This document shows, one piece after another, positions 47,013 to 56,896 of a DNA stretch of 64,000 nt; the stretch's first letter is position 1; each line of letters starts with the position of its first letter. Origin of the DNA: Clostridiales bacterium (GTDB lineage: Bacteria > Bacillota > Clostridia > Oscillospirales > CAG-272). Location of the stretch: NCBI GenBank assembly GCA_022791195.1, contig JAAVYP010000051.1, positions 44,703-108,702 of the forward strand, in the 5' to 3' direction. Under the pieces are notes generated by a model. It was not told where the DNA came from, did not search any database, and saw only the letters and a program-made list of their open reading frames with translations. Position numbers and translations under genes: made by a program.

Positions 47013-48713
47013 TTATTTTTCGTTTTCCGGGACATGCTTTTTTAACATAACCGTAACGGTATAATAGTTCCCTTCCGTTTTGATCCGGAGCTGCCCCTCC
47101 ATACGAGACAGCAAACGCCGGCAGCTTTTAAGGCCAATCTTAGTGCTGGCCACCTTAACGGCTGTTTTGTTGATCCGATTCTTAATCATGATTCGGATAA
47201 ACGGATCGTCATGGTCAATCGCCACTTGGATCGGCTCTTTTTTATCGGCATATTTCAATAAATTTGAACAAATATTATCAAAGACACGTAACAGTGCATC
47301 TGAATCAATACACAGCGAAAAGCTATCGTCTTGTGCCTCCAGCGCCTCTTTTTCAGAAGACACTTTATAGCCGCGTTCTTCCAACATATACACTTGCTCA
47401 GCAATCATTTGCTCTAACAGCGCCCGTCCGTCAAAGCATTCCATATGGAGAGATTCCGGTGCGTCGTTTTTAAATACCGTAAAATAATCGAACAGTTTAT
47501 CAGACATATTTTTTAACTGATAAGCCTTCTCAACTGATTTTTGAATATACTGTTCTTTTTGCGCTTCCGAAGAATAAACACCGGCGTTAATAATTTCAAG
47601 ATAACCGATCAAGGCAGAAAGCGGCGTTCGCAAATCATGAGACATAGCTGTAATCAGTTCTTGGTTCGCATCATATGCTTCTTTTTCGGCCTGCAAACGC
47701 TCGATCAACGAAATTCTCATGTCATCTACATTCTGCGCTAAATAAGAAATTTCGTCTTTTCCCTTTACGGTGACGCTTTTCTCGAATTGACCGCCCTCAA
47801 TTTCAGCAACTTCATCGGCAATCTGGCTCAAATACATAATCGTATTGCGCACAAACCGAAGCACCAACAAAGAAAATACAATCAACGATAAAATAACTGA
47901 AATGATTAAAAGAATCAACAACAATCTAACATCGGTACCAACCGCAATGAAAACATTTAAGTCTTCATAGTAAATGCGCTCATATGTGTTGTCTTTTAAA
48001 TTGGCAGGCGTACTGGAGTTGCCTAAAGCCTCTGTTCCATCTATATCTTGCTGCTTTGCCGCTTCGTCAGTGGGAAAAGCAGAACTTGGCTCCGTACTTG
48101 CGTTAGAGGTACTGTCAACATCCTCATCCGTGTCAGGCTCCTTTGCCATATCCGTATCATCAGTAGAATCAACACCCATATCATCTGTACCAGCAGAATC
48201 AGTGATATCCGTACTGTCTGCGCCCGGCTGGTCAGAAGAGTCCTGCGTCGTTGGTTGATTGATTTTAACTTGCTCTTTGCGTTCAATAAAGCGGATAACC
48301 CGGCTGTCCCAATAGTAATCTCTTTCCCGTTCGTCATACGAATAGCTATCGTCAATCGGGTCATCTGAATTAAAAATCAACTGGTCGCCACGATAAATAT
48401 GCATGAACTTCAGATCGTTGCGATTGATCCACGAAGTCAGAGTGGAAAAATCACTGCTGACAACCCCTTTGTGCTCAACATACTCTTCAAATTCACTTAA
48501 TTTTCGTTGCGCATATTGGGTTGATGAATATTTATCGACCACTTGCGAACTAACCAAATACAATATCCAAAACAACAAAAGAGAAATGCAAAGAGAACAA
48601 AAAACGGCAGTCAATAATTTCATGCCGAGTTTTGTTCTGATTAAATGTTTTTTATTTGTTTCTTTTTTTCTGTTATTCAACCCTGTATCCTTTACCCCAT
48701 ACCGTTTTGACAT
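47013..48713 (-). CDS. Sensor histidine kinase with an acidic D/T/S-rich extracytoplasmic insertion
   Basis: Two TM helices, HAMP-like linker, H-box SHDLRTPLSAL, N-box DNICSNLLKYA. The G1/G2 boxes are replaced by IKNR...STKIGLKS. Start uncertain (48713 or 48623). Confidence 0.85.
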   Translation of the reverse strand: MSKRYGVKDTGLNNRKKETNKKHLIRTKLGMKLLTAVFCSLCISLLLFWILYLVSSQVVDKYSSTQYAQRKLSEFEEYVEHKGVVSSDFSTLTSWINRNDLKFMHIYRGDQLIFNSDDPIDDSYSYDERERDYYWDSRVIRFIERKEQVKINQPTTQDSSDQPGADSTDITDSAGTDDMGVDSTDDTDMAKEPDTDEDVDSTSNASTEPSSAFPTDEAAKQQDIDGTEALGNSSTPANLKDNTYERIYYEDLNVFIAVGTDVRLLLILLIISVILSLIVFSLLVLRFVRNTIMYLSQIADEVAEIEGGQFEKSVTVKGKDEISYLAQNVDDMRISLIERLQAEKEAYDANQELITAMSHDLRTPLSALIGYLEIINAGVYSSEAQKEQYIQKSVEKAYQLKNMSDKLFDYFTVFKNDAPESLHMECFDGRALLEQMIAEQVYMLEERGYKVSSEKEALEAQDDSFSLCIDSDALLRVFDNICSNLLKYADKKEPIQVAIDHDDPFIRIMIKNRINKTAVKVASTKIGLKSCRRLLSRMEGQLRIKTEGNYYTVTVMLKKHVPENEK

Positions 48714-49362
48714 ATTTAGGACTTTGCGGATTGTCTTCGATCTTGGTTCTTAGCTTGCGAATGTGCACCATCACCGTATTATTCGCCGAATAAAAATACG
48801 GTTCGTCCCAAATACTTTCGTAAATATTTTGAGGTGAAAAAATTTTCTTTTTATGCGAAGCAAGCAAAAGCAGAATCCGGTATTCAATATCAGTTAAAAT
48901 GATTTCATTTTCGCCTTTTTTTACTTCGTTAAATTCCGTGTTGATCAACAAATCATACACAGTTATATATTTATCCAATTCTTTGTTTTTTCCGTTGTAA
49001 ACATAATAGCGCCGCAGCAAAGCCTTTACTCTGGCTAACAGTTCATTATAGGAAAAGGGCTTGGATAAATAATCGTCTCCGCCTGATGAAAAGCCCATCG
49101 CTTTATCAGAATCCTGTGTTTTAGCAGTCAAAAACAGCACTGGCGCCATCGTGTTCTCCCGCAGCTGCGCGCACACCTTATAGCCAGACATGCCCGGCAT
49201 CATGACATCTAAAATAATTAAATCAATAGTATCGTCCACAATCGCCAGCGCCTCAGGCCCATCTGAAGCGGTAACTACATCATATCCTTCTCCACTCAAA
49301 AAGATAGATATGACCTCTCTTAGATCAGGATTATCATCAACAACTAAAATTCTATTTTTCAT
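48673..49362 (-). CDS. OmpR-family response regulator
   Basis: Receiver domain (ILVVDD, LIILDVMMPG, TAK) plus winged-helix (VHIRKLRTKIE...TVWGKGYR). Confidence 0.92.
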   Translation of the reverse strand: MKNRILVVDDNPDLREVISIFLSGEGYDVVTASDGPEALAIVDDTIDLIILDVMMPGMSGYKVCAQLRENTMAPVLFLTAKTQDSDKAMGFSSGGDDYLSKPFSYNELLARVKALLRRYYVYNGKNKELDKYITVYDLLINTEFNEVKKGENEIILTDIEYRILLLLASHKKKIFSPQNIYESIWDEPYFYSANNTVMVHIRKLRTKIEDNPQSPKYVKTVWGKGYRVE

Positions 49363-50636
49363 TTTTCAATGGCTGCTCCATTAAAACGAACAGGTATACC
49401 GGCATTTTTAGCAACAGGCTTATGAATAATCGGCTTCCATTCCACTCTGGCAAACAGCGCATAAATCGAAATAGGCACATAGGTGAACATAAAAAACGGA
49501 AAAGTAAATAAATACAACATTTTTTTAGCAGCGTGACAATGTATCTTTTTCCATTCGGAAATGACAGTCAGCGTTCCCATGAGCACAAAAAGACCATAGA
49601 ATCCTAAAAACGCCTGTGCCAACACAATCAAAAGATCTGATGCCAAAGGATCACCCACAGCAGCCGCATAAATAAAGGCAACACTGTCGATCACAAAAAG
49701 CAGCAATGTAATCAGCATGCTCGGTGCAATCGTCATCATCATATCGAAAGCAGAAAACTTTGCCCCTTTAAACATAGAAGTAAACAGCTTGCCGCCATAG
49801 TTAAAGAACACTTGGTAAAAGCCCTTGGCCCATCTAAGCCGCTGTCTTGCCGACTGCTTAAGCTTAACAGGCTGCTCGTCATATAATACAGCATCGTCAC
49901 AATAACCAACTTTTTCCCCGTGAACAATGCTGTCAATCGTAAATTCAATATCCTCGGTCAGCAAATTATGCTTCCAGCCGCAGTTGCGGCGCACAATATC
50001 ATCGCAAATTAAAAAGCCGGTACCGGATATAGCACAGCTTGTGCCTAAAATCATACGTGCGTTATTCAAAAAACGTGCTTCACGCAAAAACCAAAGAGAG
50101 GATGCCGCTGACAACCAGTTATCACCGTAATTTTTCGAGTTGCGATAGCTGGTAACAATTCGATAGCCATGATCAAAAGTAGCATTCATGTTGGCAATAT
50201 AATTTTCATCTAATATATTATCCGCATCAAAGACAAAGAAACCCTCATAGCCGCGCTCGGCATAATCGCTGTAAATAATATTAAAGATATAATTTAGTGC
50301 ATAGCCCTTGCCGATATGCGCAAGGTCATTTCTTGCATAGACATACGCACCCTTCGAGGCAGCTACTTCTGCCGTACGGTCGGTACAGTTATCGGCAATA
50401 ACAAATACGTCAAACAACTCTTTGGGATAATTTTGCTGATTTAAGCTGTCCAGCAACTCACCAATCACCGCTTGCTCATTACGCGCTGAAATAATCACAG
50501 CAAATTTATGGAGCTTTTCTGCTTCAAATTTTTTCGGTTTGCAAAAAAGCGCAACAGCAACATAAAAAAACTGATACGCAAAACAAAGTGTAAAAACAAC
50601 AAACAGTACAAAATTAATAAAAATTACAGTACTCAC
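49359..50636 (-). CDS. Membrane-embedded family-2 glycosyltransferase (processive, QxxRW type)
   Basis: N-terminal TM helix, GT-A core (VIISARNE, FDADN), QRLRWAKG, C-terminal TM bundle. GTG start. The stop overlaps the response-regulator start (ATGA). Confidence 0.85.
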   Translation of the reverse strand: MSTVIFINFVLFVVFTLCFAYQFFYVAVALFCKPKKFEAEKLHKFAVIISARNEQAVIGELLDSLNQQNYPKELFDVFVIADNCTDRTAEVAASKGAYVYARNDLAHIGKGYALNYIFNIIYSDYAERGYEGFFVFDADNILDENYIANMNATFDHGYRIVTSYRNSKNYGDNWLSAASSLWFLREARFLNNARMILGTSCAISGTGFLICDDIVRRNCGWKHNLLTEDIEFTIDSIVHGEKVGYCDDAVLYDEQPVKLKQSARQRLRWAKGFYQVFFNYGGKLFTSMFKGAKFSAFDMMMTIAPSMLITLLLFVIDSVAFIYAAAVGDPLASDLLIVLAQAFLGFYGLFVLMGTLTVISEWKKIHCHAAKKMLYLFTFPFFMFTYVPISIYALFARVEWKPIIHKPVAKNAGIPVRFNGAAIEK

Positions 50637-51000
50637 AAAAACCTACCCTTTCAAAGCGCCAGAAGGTTATACCAAAAGGTATAGAAAATCCATTGGTTGC
50701 GATCACAGAAAGTCGGTTCGCCTGTCAACAGGCATTTTCTAAACGCTCTTTTTCAATTTTTACAAAGAATTTCTCATACCAACAAGAAACTTTTTGCAAG
50801 TTTTCTGTAGCCATTGTAAGCAGACAATCTTAAAATTCGTATACAAAAATTCTTAAAGTTTCTTAACATGTTGATAAAACAAGAAATTTTATTCATATCA
50901 AACGCCAACAAAAACAGTTTCTTGAACGTTCATTGTATTTATTTCATTCATCTTGTACTGCCCTGAGCAGACTCTTTTACACTCTCCTTTGTTGCTTTTC

Positions 51001-52473
51001 TCACTCCGCTGCCAATATTTTCAATAACAAGTCGTATGTACGGCCCACTGAAAATAAATCCAACCTTTCTTTGACCGTATGAATATCGTACAGGTTTGGT
51101 CCGATCGAAATAAGTTCAGCTTTTTCGCCCAAGCCTTTTTTGATAAAGCCGCATTCGACCCCTGCATGCATACCCGCAATGCGCGGCTTTTGGCCATGAT
51201 ACAGCTTTTCATATTCACGGATATAGATTTTCTCAAGCTGGCTATTTTCTGCTCGTTCCCAGCAATCATAAAAACCGGTTTCTTCGATTTCTGCATCTAA
51301 TAGAGATGCGATCGACTGATAACGGGCAAGCCATTCATGATATTTAGACGCCGTATTAAATCTCATCAAATAGGCAAGAACGATTTCATTCTCTTTGGTA
51401 TGAACAACCCCTAAATTAGAGGAAACATCCACAAGATTCATCTGCGGCTCTTTCCCAAGCGAAAGGACACCCTCAGGCGCCATAAACATGCACAGCAGCA
51501 CTCTATGCGTTTGTCTGTACGAGAGCACCTGTTCTTTGGCACCAATAGAATCAAGACGAATCGTAAAAGATGCGTCCTCTTCGGACAGCTCGCCCGCTAT
51601 CTGTTTTTTTAAGCATGCCGCTTCTCTTTTTAGTTTTTCAAAATCCGCACAAGTAATCACAGCGCAGCTTTCGCCCGTGATAACATTGTGCTTATCACCG
51701 CCGTCAAAAGAGACTAAATTAAACGGCATTTTTTGATATTGCTGATACAGAAAACGCGCTAAAATCCGGTTTGCATTCCCGCGCGACAAATGAATATCAG
51801 CACCCGAATGTCCACCGGCAAGTCCTGTGACTTTAATACGCGCGCATTTATACGGCGAACAGGCCTTTTCATAAGCAAAACGATAGGTAATGTCCGCGCC
51901 GCCAGCGCAGCTGACAATGCAGGTACCCTCTTCTTCAGAGTCAAGGTTTATGACACGCTCTGCCTGAATTTTAGTATAATCGAAATGCTTGGCACCGGTC
52001 ATGCCGCTTTCTTCATCCACAGTAAACAAACATTCAAGAGGACCATGCCGCAAAGATGAATCGGTTAAGACAGCCAACATCATAGCAACCGCAATGCCGT
52101 CATCAGCCCCAAGCGTGGTATTCTCAGCCGATAAAAAACCTTCTCGCACCACCAGTTGGAGAGGATCTTTTAAAAAATCGTGCGAAGAGTCCGCTGTTTT
52201 TTCACCGACCATATCCAAGTGCCCCTGCAAAAGAAGCGCCGGCATGTTTTCACAGCCCGGCGCCGGTTTTTTGCGGACAAACACATTATGGTATTCGTCC
52301 TGTTCGCAATACAGACCATGTTCCATGGCCACTTTCTCAATATAATCGGCTAACTTTTTTTCATGGCCTGATATATGGGGAATCGAGACAATTTCCTGAA
52401 AAAAGAAAAATACATTTTCCGGGTAATAGCCACGCAACGCCTCTAATCCACCATTTTTACCTTTATTCATCAT
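51001..52473 (-). CDS. pepD: Aminoacyl-histidine dipeptidase (M20C, PepD-like)
   Basis: [23 protein letters not shown]...[10 protein letters not shown]. The ATG at 52473 overlaps the galE stop. The upstream 54 codons of the track ORF lie inside galE and are rejected. Confidence 0.85.
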   Translation of the reverse strand: MMNKGKNGGLEALRGYYPENVFFFFQEIVSIPHISGHEKKLADYIEKVAMEHGLYCEQDEYHNVFVRKKPAPGCENMPALLLQGHLDMVGEKTADSSHDFLKDPLQLVVREGFLSAENTTLGADDGIAVAMMLAVLTDSSLRHGPLECLFTVDEESGMTGAKHFDYTKIQAERVINLDSEEEGTCIVSCAGGADITYRFAYEKACSPYKCARIKVTGLAGGHSGADIHLSRGNANRILARFLYQQYQKMPFNLVSFDGGDKHNVITGESCAVITCADFEKLKREAACLKKQIAGELSEEDASFTIRLDSIGAKEQVLSYRQTHRVLLCMFMAPEGVLSLGKEPQMNLVDVSSNLGVVHTKENEIVLAYLMRFNTASKYHEWLARYQSIASLLDAEIEETGFYDCWERAENSQLEKIYIREYEKLYHGQKPRIAGMHAGVECGFIKKGLGEKAELISIGPNLYDIHTVKERLDLFSVGRTYDLLLKILAAE

Positions 52474-53446
52474 AACCGTTCGGATGGGCTTTGTGCCATG
52501 CAAAGGCAGAGGCAATAATATCTTCAATGCCGTATTGTCTATGCCATCCCAAAATTCGTTCAGCCTTTTCACTGGTGGCAACCAAAACAGGGGGATCGCC
52601 CGGTCTTCTGTCCTCAAATACAGAGGGAATCTCACACCCGGTTACCTTGCGTGCCGCATTCAAAATTTCCAAATTAGAATATCCGCCGCCTGAACCAAGA
52701 TTAAATTCGTCAGAGCAATTGTTCTTGAGCATATATTCCATCGCCAAAATATGCGCTTGTGCTAAATCCATAACGTGAATATAATCGCGAATACAGGTAC
52801 CGTCTTTGGTTGGATAATCATTGCCAAAAACGCTTAATTTTTCTCTTTTCCCCAGCGCGACCTGCAGTATAATCGGAATTAAATGTGTTTCAGGATTATG
52901 ATCTTCTCCGATATTTCCCGAAGGATGTGCACCTGCCACATTGAAATAACGCAGACTCATGCTGTTCAGACCATAGGCTACGCCAAACCATTTCAGCATG
53001 TCTTCAATAGCCAGCTTTGTCTGACCATAAGTGTTAATCGGGTGCTGCGGCGTCTCTTCTGAAATTGGATTTTCTTCGGGTTCTCCATACGTAGCTGCTG
53101 TAGAAGAAAATACAACATTTTTTACGCCATGCTCAATCATGCTGTGGAAAAGATGCATGCTTTGCGCTACATTGTTGTTATAATATTCATAAGGATGCAG
53201 CATGCTTTCGCCCACTAACGAAAAAGCAGCAAAATGCATAACCGCGTCAATTTTGTTTTCGGTAAACACCTTGTGCATAAACGTCTCGTCTCCGACAGAA
53301 CCGATATACAGCTTTACATCGCCGACGGCTTGTTTATGTCCTTTGGATAAATTATCAACAACAACAACTTCATATCCTTTTTCTTTCAGAGCTGCTACGG
53401 CACAGCTGCCGATATAGCCAGCTCCGCCTGTTACCAGAATACTCAT
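52463..53446 (-). CDS. galE: UDP-glucose 4-epimerase
   Basis: [15 protein letters not shown] (YxxxK), typical length. Confidence 0.92.
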   Translation of the reverse strand: MSILVTGGAGYIGSCAVAALKEKGYEVVVVDNLSKGHKQAVGDVKLYIGSVGDETFMHKVFTENKIDAVMHFAAFSLVGESMLHPYEYYNNNVAQSMHLFHSMIEHGVKNVVFSSTAATYGEPEENPISEETPQHPINTYGQTKLAIEDMLKWFGVAYGLNSMSLRYFNVAGAHPSGNIGEDHNPETHLIPIILQVALGKREKLSVFGNDYPTKDGTCIRDYIHVMDLAQAHILAMEYMLKNNCSDEFNLGSGGGYSNLEILNAARKVTGCEIPSVFEDRRPGDPPVLVATSEKAERILGWHRQYGIEDIIASAFAWHKAHPNGYDE

Positions 53447-53523
53447 TCTGTTTCCCTCCCAAATTCAATATGCATATCAATAAAAGATTATCCAATTTTA
53501 CACACAAAAATGCAACGAAACCG

Positions 53524-54513
53524 TTAACGGTTTCGTTGTAAAAAACGATCCAACGCTTCGCGCAGCTGCGCCGCATTCGCTTCTGGCGAAGAAGGATTGC
53601 AGCTTGCCCATACACCCGATTCGCTCGAGGCCCTGTACTGCTGCACATCGGCACTGCGCATCGGCGTCAGCATTTCCACATGGAAATGATAACAGTCCGC
53701 CACGGGTTCAGATAAATTAACCGGTGCATTGTGCATACACATCATATAAGGAAAAACCGTATCAAACAAATGGTCATAGGCGCCGGTAATCTGGCGCAAG
53801 ATGATTCCAAAATTCTCTTTTGTCTTTTTATCAAACTGTCCGATATGCTGAATATGTTTTTTAGCGCTGATATAAACACCATAGGCATATTCTGAAAAGA
53901 ATGGAACATAAGCGACAAAATCTTCATTTTCACAAATGATTCGTTCGCCAAAGTTTTTCTCTTCTTCATTCATAGCGCAAAACAGACATCTGCCCTGCTC
54001 TGCCAAAAACTCTTTGGCGCTGGACAGCTCCAACTCAATCTTTTTTGGCAAAAAGGGATAACCATAGATTTGACCATGCGGATGAGGCTGTGTCACCCCG
54101 ACCTCTTTGCCTCTGTTCTCAAAAATAAATACATATTTTATTTTTTCATCGGCTGACAAATCACAAAACCGCTGCTGCCATAAATCAACGAGCTGGCCCA
54201 TATGATCATCATCTAAATCATATAATTTCCCGTGATGGTCAGGCGAAAACAAGATGACCTCACACTTGCCGTATGCCGGCGCTGTCTTATAAAACGCTTT
54301 GCCCGCAGGTGTGACCGGAGCACTCATCTCAGCCGGCGGATTCGAGAGAGCCGGAAAATCATTGTCATATTTATAGACTTTGTAATCATCAGGCACCTTG
54401 CCCGATCCAGGACAAAAAGGACAATAATCCTTGGGCATATTGGGTCGTTTGGCCCGATTTGAAATGACCATGACCCAATCTTTTGTCATTGGGTTCCATC
54501 TAAGTTCTGCCAT
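53524..54513 (-). CDS. galT: Galactose-1-phosphate uridylyltransferase (HIT-type)
   Basis: CPFCPG zinc site and HPHGQIY active site. ATG at 54513 with GGAG upstream. Confidence 0.88.
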   Translation of the reverse strand: MAELRWNPMTKDWVMVISNRAKRPNMPKDYCPFCPGSGKVPDDYKVYKYDNDFPALSNPPAEMSAPVTPAGKAFYKTAPAYGKCEVILFSPDHHGKLYDLDDDHMGQLVDLWQQRFCDLSADEKIKYVFIFENRGKEVGVTQPHPHGQIYGYPFLPKKIELELSSAKEFLAEQGRCLFCAMNEEEKNFGERIICENEDFVAYVPFFSEYAYGVYISAKKHIQHIGQFDKKTKENFGIILRQITGAYDHLFDTVFPYMMCMHNAPVNLSEPVADCYHFHVEMLTPMRSADVQQYRASSESGVWASCNPSSPEANAAQLREALDRFLQRNR

Positions 54514-54650
54514 ACCAAACTCCATTTCATCTATATAATTTAATAAAATAATAACATGTCAGCGCTTATTTTAATGAATCGACTTACAGACATACTCTAA
54601 ACTAATCAATTATATCATATTTTTACCCAAAATACAATTATTTTTTCGGC

Positions 54651-55079
54651 TCACTGCTTTATTTTTTGATTTAGTCTTTGATCCAAATAGCTTTGCAGAA
54701 TAATTTCTGCAGCAAGTGTATCCACTCGTTTTTTTCTGTTTTTTCCGCGTGTATTAGTCATGTTTAAATAAACATGTGCTTCGCTCGTTGAGAGACGTTC
54801 GTCTACCATGACCACATCAAGACCACTCGTCTGCTGCAGCAATGTCCCAAATTGTACGGCTTTTTCGGAGCGTTCTCCTCTGCTGCCGTTCATATTAATC
54901 GGATTTCCCAATACAATGAAGTCGCATTCACGCTCTTTGGCAATTTGAGCAACTTGAGCAGCCAACTGCTTTTTACCATCAGCCGTCATCGTAAAAAGAC
55001 CGCTTGCAATGGAGCCGGTAGGGTCGCTAATCGCGATACCAGTTCGTTTATCTCCGTAATCAACACCTAATATTCTCAC
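54651..55079 (-). CDS. ruvX: Holliday-junction-resolvase-like nuclease RuvX/YqgF
   Basis: ILGVDYGDKRTGIAISD, VDERLST. Confidence 0.9.
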   Translation of the reverse strand: MRILGVDYGDKRTGIAISDPTGSIASGLFTMTADGKKQLAAQVAQIAKERECDFIVLGNPINMNGSRGERSEKAVQFGTLLQQTSGLDVVMVDERLSTSEAHVYLNMTNTRGKNRKKRVDTLAAEIILQSYLDQRLNQKIKQ

Positions 55080-55114
55080 TCCGACTTTCCTCTTTTCTTA
55101 TCAACAAACAGTCC

Positions 55115-56077
55115 CTACTCACGTACATTTAGAAACAGTTCCGGGCAGTTGGCTTTGGCAAATTGAATAATCGTCTCTTTATCCGGTACCGCCTCAAGGC
55201 CGCCTTCGGCGGCATCAGTCAAGGTGCCTGCCACATTAGCATACTCACACGCATGGTCATATAATTTGCGTTTCATATAATCATCAATAAAAGCAATATC
55301 AAAAGCGGCGTCTGCATATCCATTTTCATACACATGATCCGCAGGCTTTAATGCATACGATTGAATTGCTTTATAATATTTTCCGTAATTCAGAAAAATG
55401 CCCTTTTCTTTCCTTTTAATTACTACACATTTTGCCCCCGTCTTGTTTTGAAATAAGACAGCTGCTTTCATACAGCCCTCCATCGAATCTACTTTGACGC
55501 GGGTATATTGATAGACCTCTTCCTCATCTAAAAAGACTGTGTTAACCCCTTCCAACAGCTCAAAAGGAAAATCCCGCTTTATAGGGCTGGCTGACAAAAA
55601 CAACGGAATATGCTTCATCTTAGCCAAGCGCGCACTGGCAACGGCCACTTCATGGGCCACATCAAAATGAAGATACACCGCATCCGGCTTTGTAGTAAAG
55701 GCATTTTCAGCATCTTTTACCGCAAAGTCTGCATTGGCTCCGGCAAAACAAATCTCACTCTGATTCCCTTGAGCGCTGTGAATAATAGTGCGAAGTCCGG
55801 TCTTTTGCTTGCGTGTCATATAAAAAAAGCGAACATCGATCCCGCTGCCATGTAAATACTCTCGTATGCGCCGGCCGGTAAAATCCTCACCAGCACGTCC
55901 CGCTAAAATGGAAGATGCGCCTAATTTGCATGCACAAAGCGCCGAAATGGCCCCTTTGCCGCCTACCCATTCTTTGCATGCTTCGGCTTGCGTTACATAC
56001 CCAGATACAGGCAAACCGGGAACATGAAAATCAGTCTGCAAATACGTATTGCCAATCACAAGAATGCGCGGTTTCAT
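55115..56077 (-). CDS. PfkB-family carbohydrate kinase (ribokinase-like), substrate unknown
   Basis: GGKGAISA near the N-terminus. The C-terminal GAGD-type motif is divergent (GYADAAFD). Confidence 0.7.
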   Translation of the reverse strand: MKPRILVIGNTYLQTDFHVPGLPVSGYVTQAEACKEWVGGKGAISALCACKLGASSILAGRAGEDFTGRRIREYLHGSGIDVRFFYMTRKQKTGLRTIIHSAQGNQSEICFAGANADFAVKDAENAFTTKPDAVYLHFDVAHEVAVASARLAKMKHIPLFLSASPIKRDFPFELLEGVNTVFLDEEEVYQYTRVKVDSMEGCMKAAVLFQNKTGAKCVVIKRKEKGIFLNYGKYYKAIQSYALKPADHVYENGYADAAFDIAFIDDYMKRKLYDHACEYANVAGTLTDAAEGGLEAVPDKETIIQFAKANCPELFLNVRE

Positions 56078-56277
56078 TTCATTTTCCTTTCCGATTTCAC
56101 AACTGAAAAGCTATTGCATTCGTCTTTTTTCTCTATTTCAATAACACTGCATTTGTTTTAGGGCATGATACAGCTCAAGAGCTATTCTGTTTGTATAATA
56201 AGCAAAAAATATATTTTCATTTTATCATAATGCCTTTTCAAAATCAAGAGAAGCACCATGCAAAACACCGCTTTGTA

Positions 56278-56306
56278 TTGACACAAGTCCCTGCATATTG
56301 TATAAT
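56278..56306 (+). promoter_or_regulatory. Near-consensus sigma-A promoter (extended -10)
   Basis: TTGACA, 17 nt, TG-n-TATAAT, about 70 nt upstream of the lipoprotein gene. Confidence 0.7.
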
Positions 56307-56377
56307 TTATACAATTTAGATACTGACCCTTGATCACTTTCTCAATTTTACCACGAAGAAAGGCAAATAAGAACAAA

Positions 56378-56896
56378 ATGAAAAAAATCTCTCTGCTTTT
56401 TTTGGCCCTATGTCTTACACTATTCGCCGCCTGTTCCAAAAATGAAAGCGATGTGCCAAACGGCATGAAGGCTGCCTCCAACGAATATTCCGATTATCAT
56501 TTATTCGTGCCGGACAGTTGGACAGTTGAAACCTCTACCGGTGTCATCACGGCTAAATACAGCGATTCTGTTATGGCTAATATTTCCATGATGGCGTTGT
56601 CTCTTGGCAGTGAAAGTACCACCATTGACGCTTATTGGGATTCTTTTAAAGAAACCTTTGCGCAAACAATTGCCGACTGGCAGGAAGAAAGCAGCGAGGA
56701 CATGCTTTTGGATGGTCACGCCGCAAAAAAGTATATTTACACCGGCACGGTCGCCTCTATTGAAGCGAAATATATGCAGGTTCTCTGTATACGCCAAAAT
56801 GCTGTCTATATCTTTACCTACACGGCATCCCCTGAAAAATTCGATGACTATATAAACGATATTAATAAAATGCTGGATACATTTACATTTAAATAA
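56378..56896 (+). CDS. Lipoprotein of unknown function
   Basis: MKKISLLFLALCLTLFAAC lipobox. The stop overlaps the next start (TAATG). Confidence 0.75.
   Translation: MKKISLLFLALCLTLFAACSKNESDVPNGMKAASNEYSDYHLFVPDSWTVETSTGVITAKYSDSVMANISMMALSLGSESTTIDAYWDSFKETFAQTIADWQEESSEDMLLDGHAAKKYIYTGTVASIEAKYMQVLCIRQNAVYIFTYTASPEKFDDYINDINKMLDTFTFK

Noticed and set aside
47974-48368. Three overlapping ORFs (94-107 aa) in both strands within the histidine kinase gene
   Set aside because: They are artefacts of the stop-poor low-complexity acidic tract of the kinase sensor domain.
52474-52635. N-terminal 54-codon extension of pepD in the ORF track
   Set aside because: It lies entirely inside galE in another frame. 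The PepD homology begins at the MMNKGK start.
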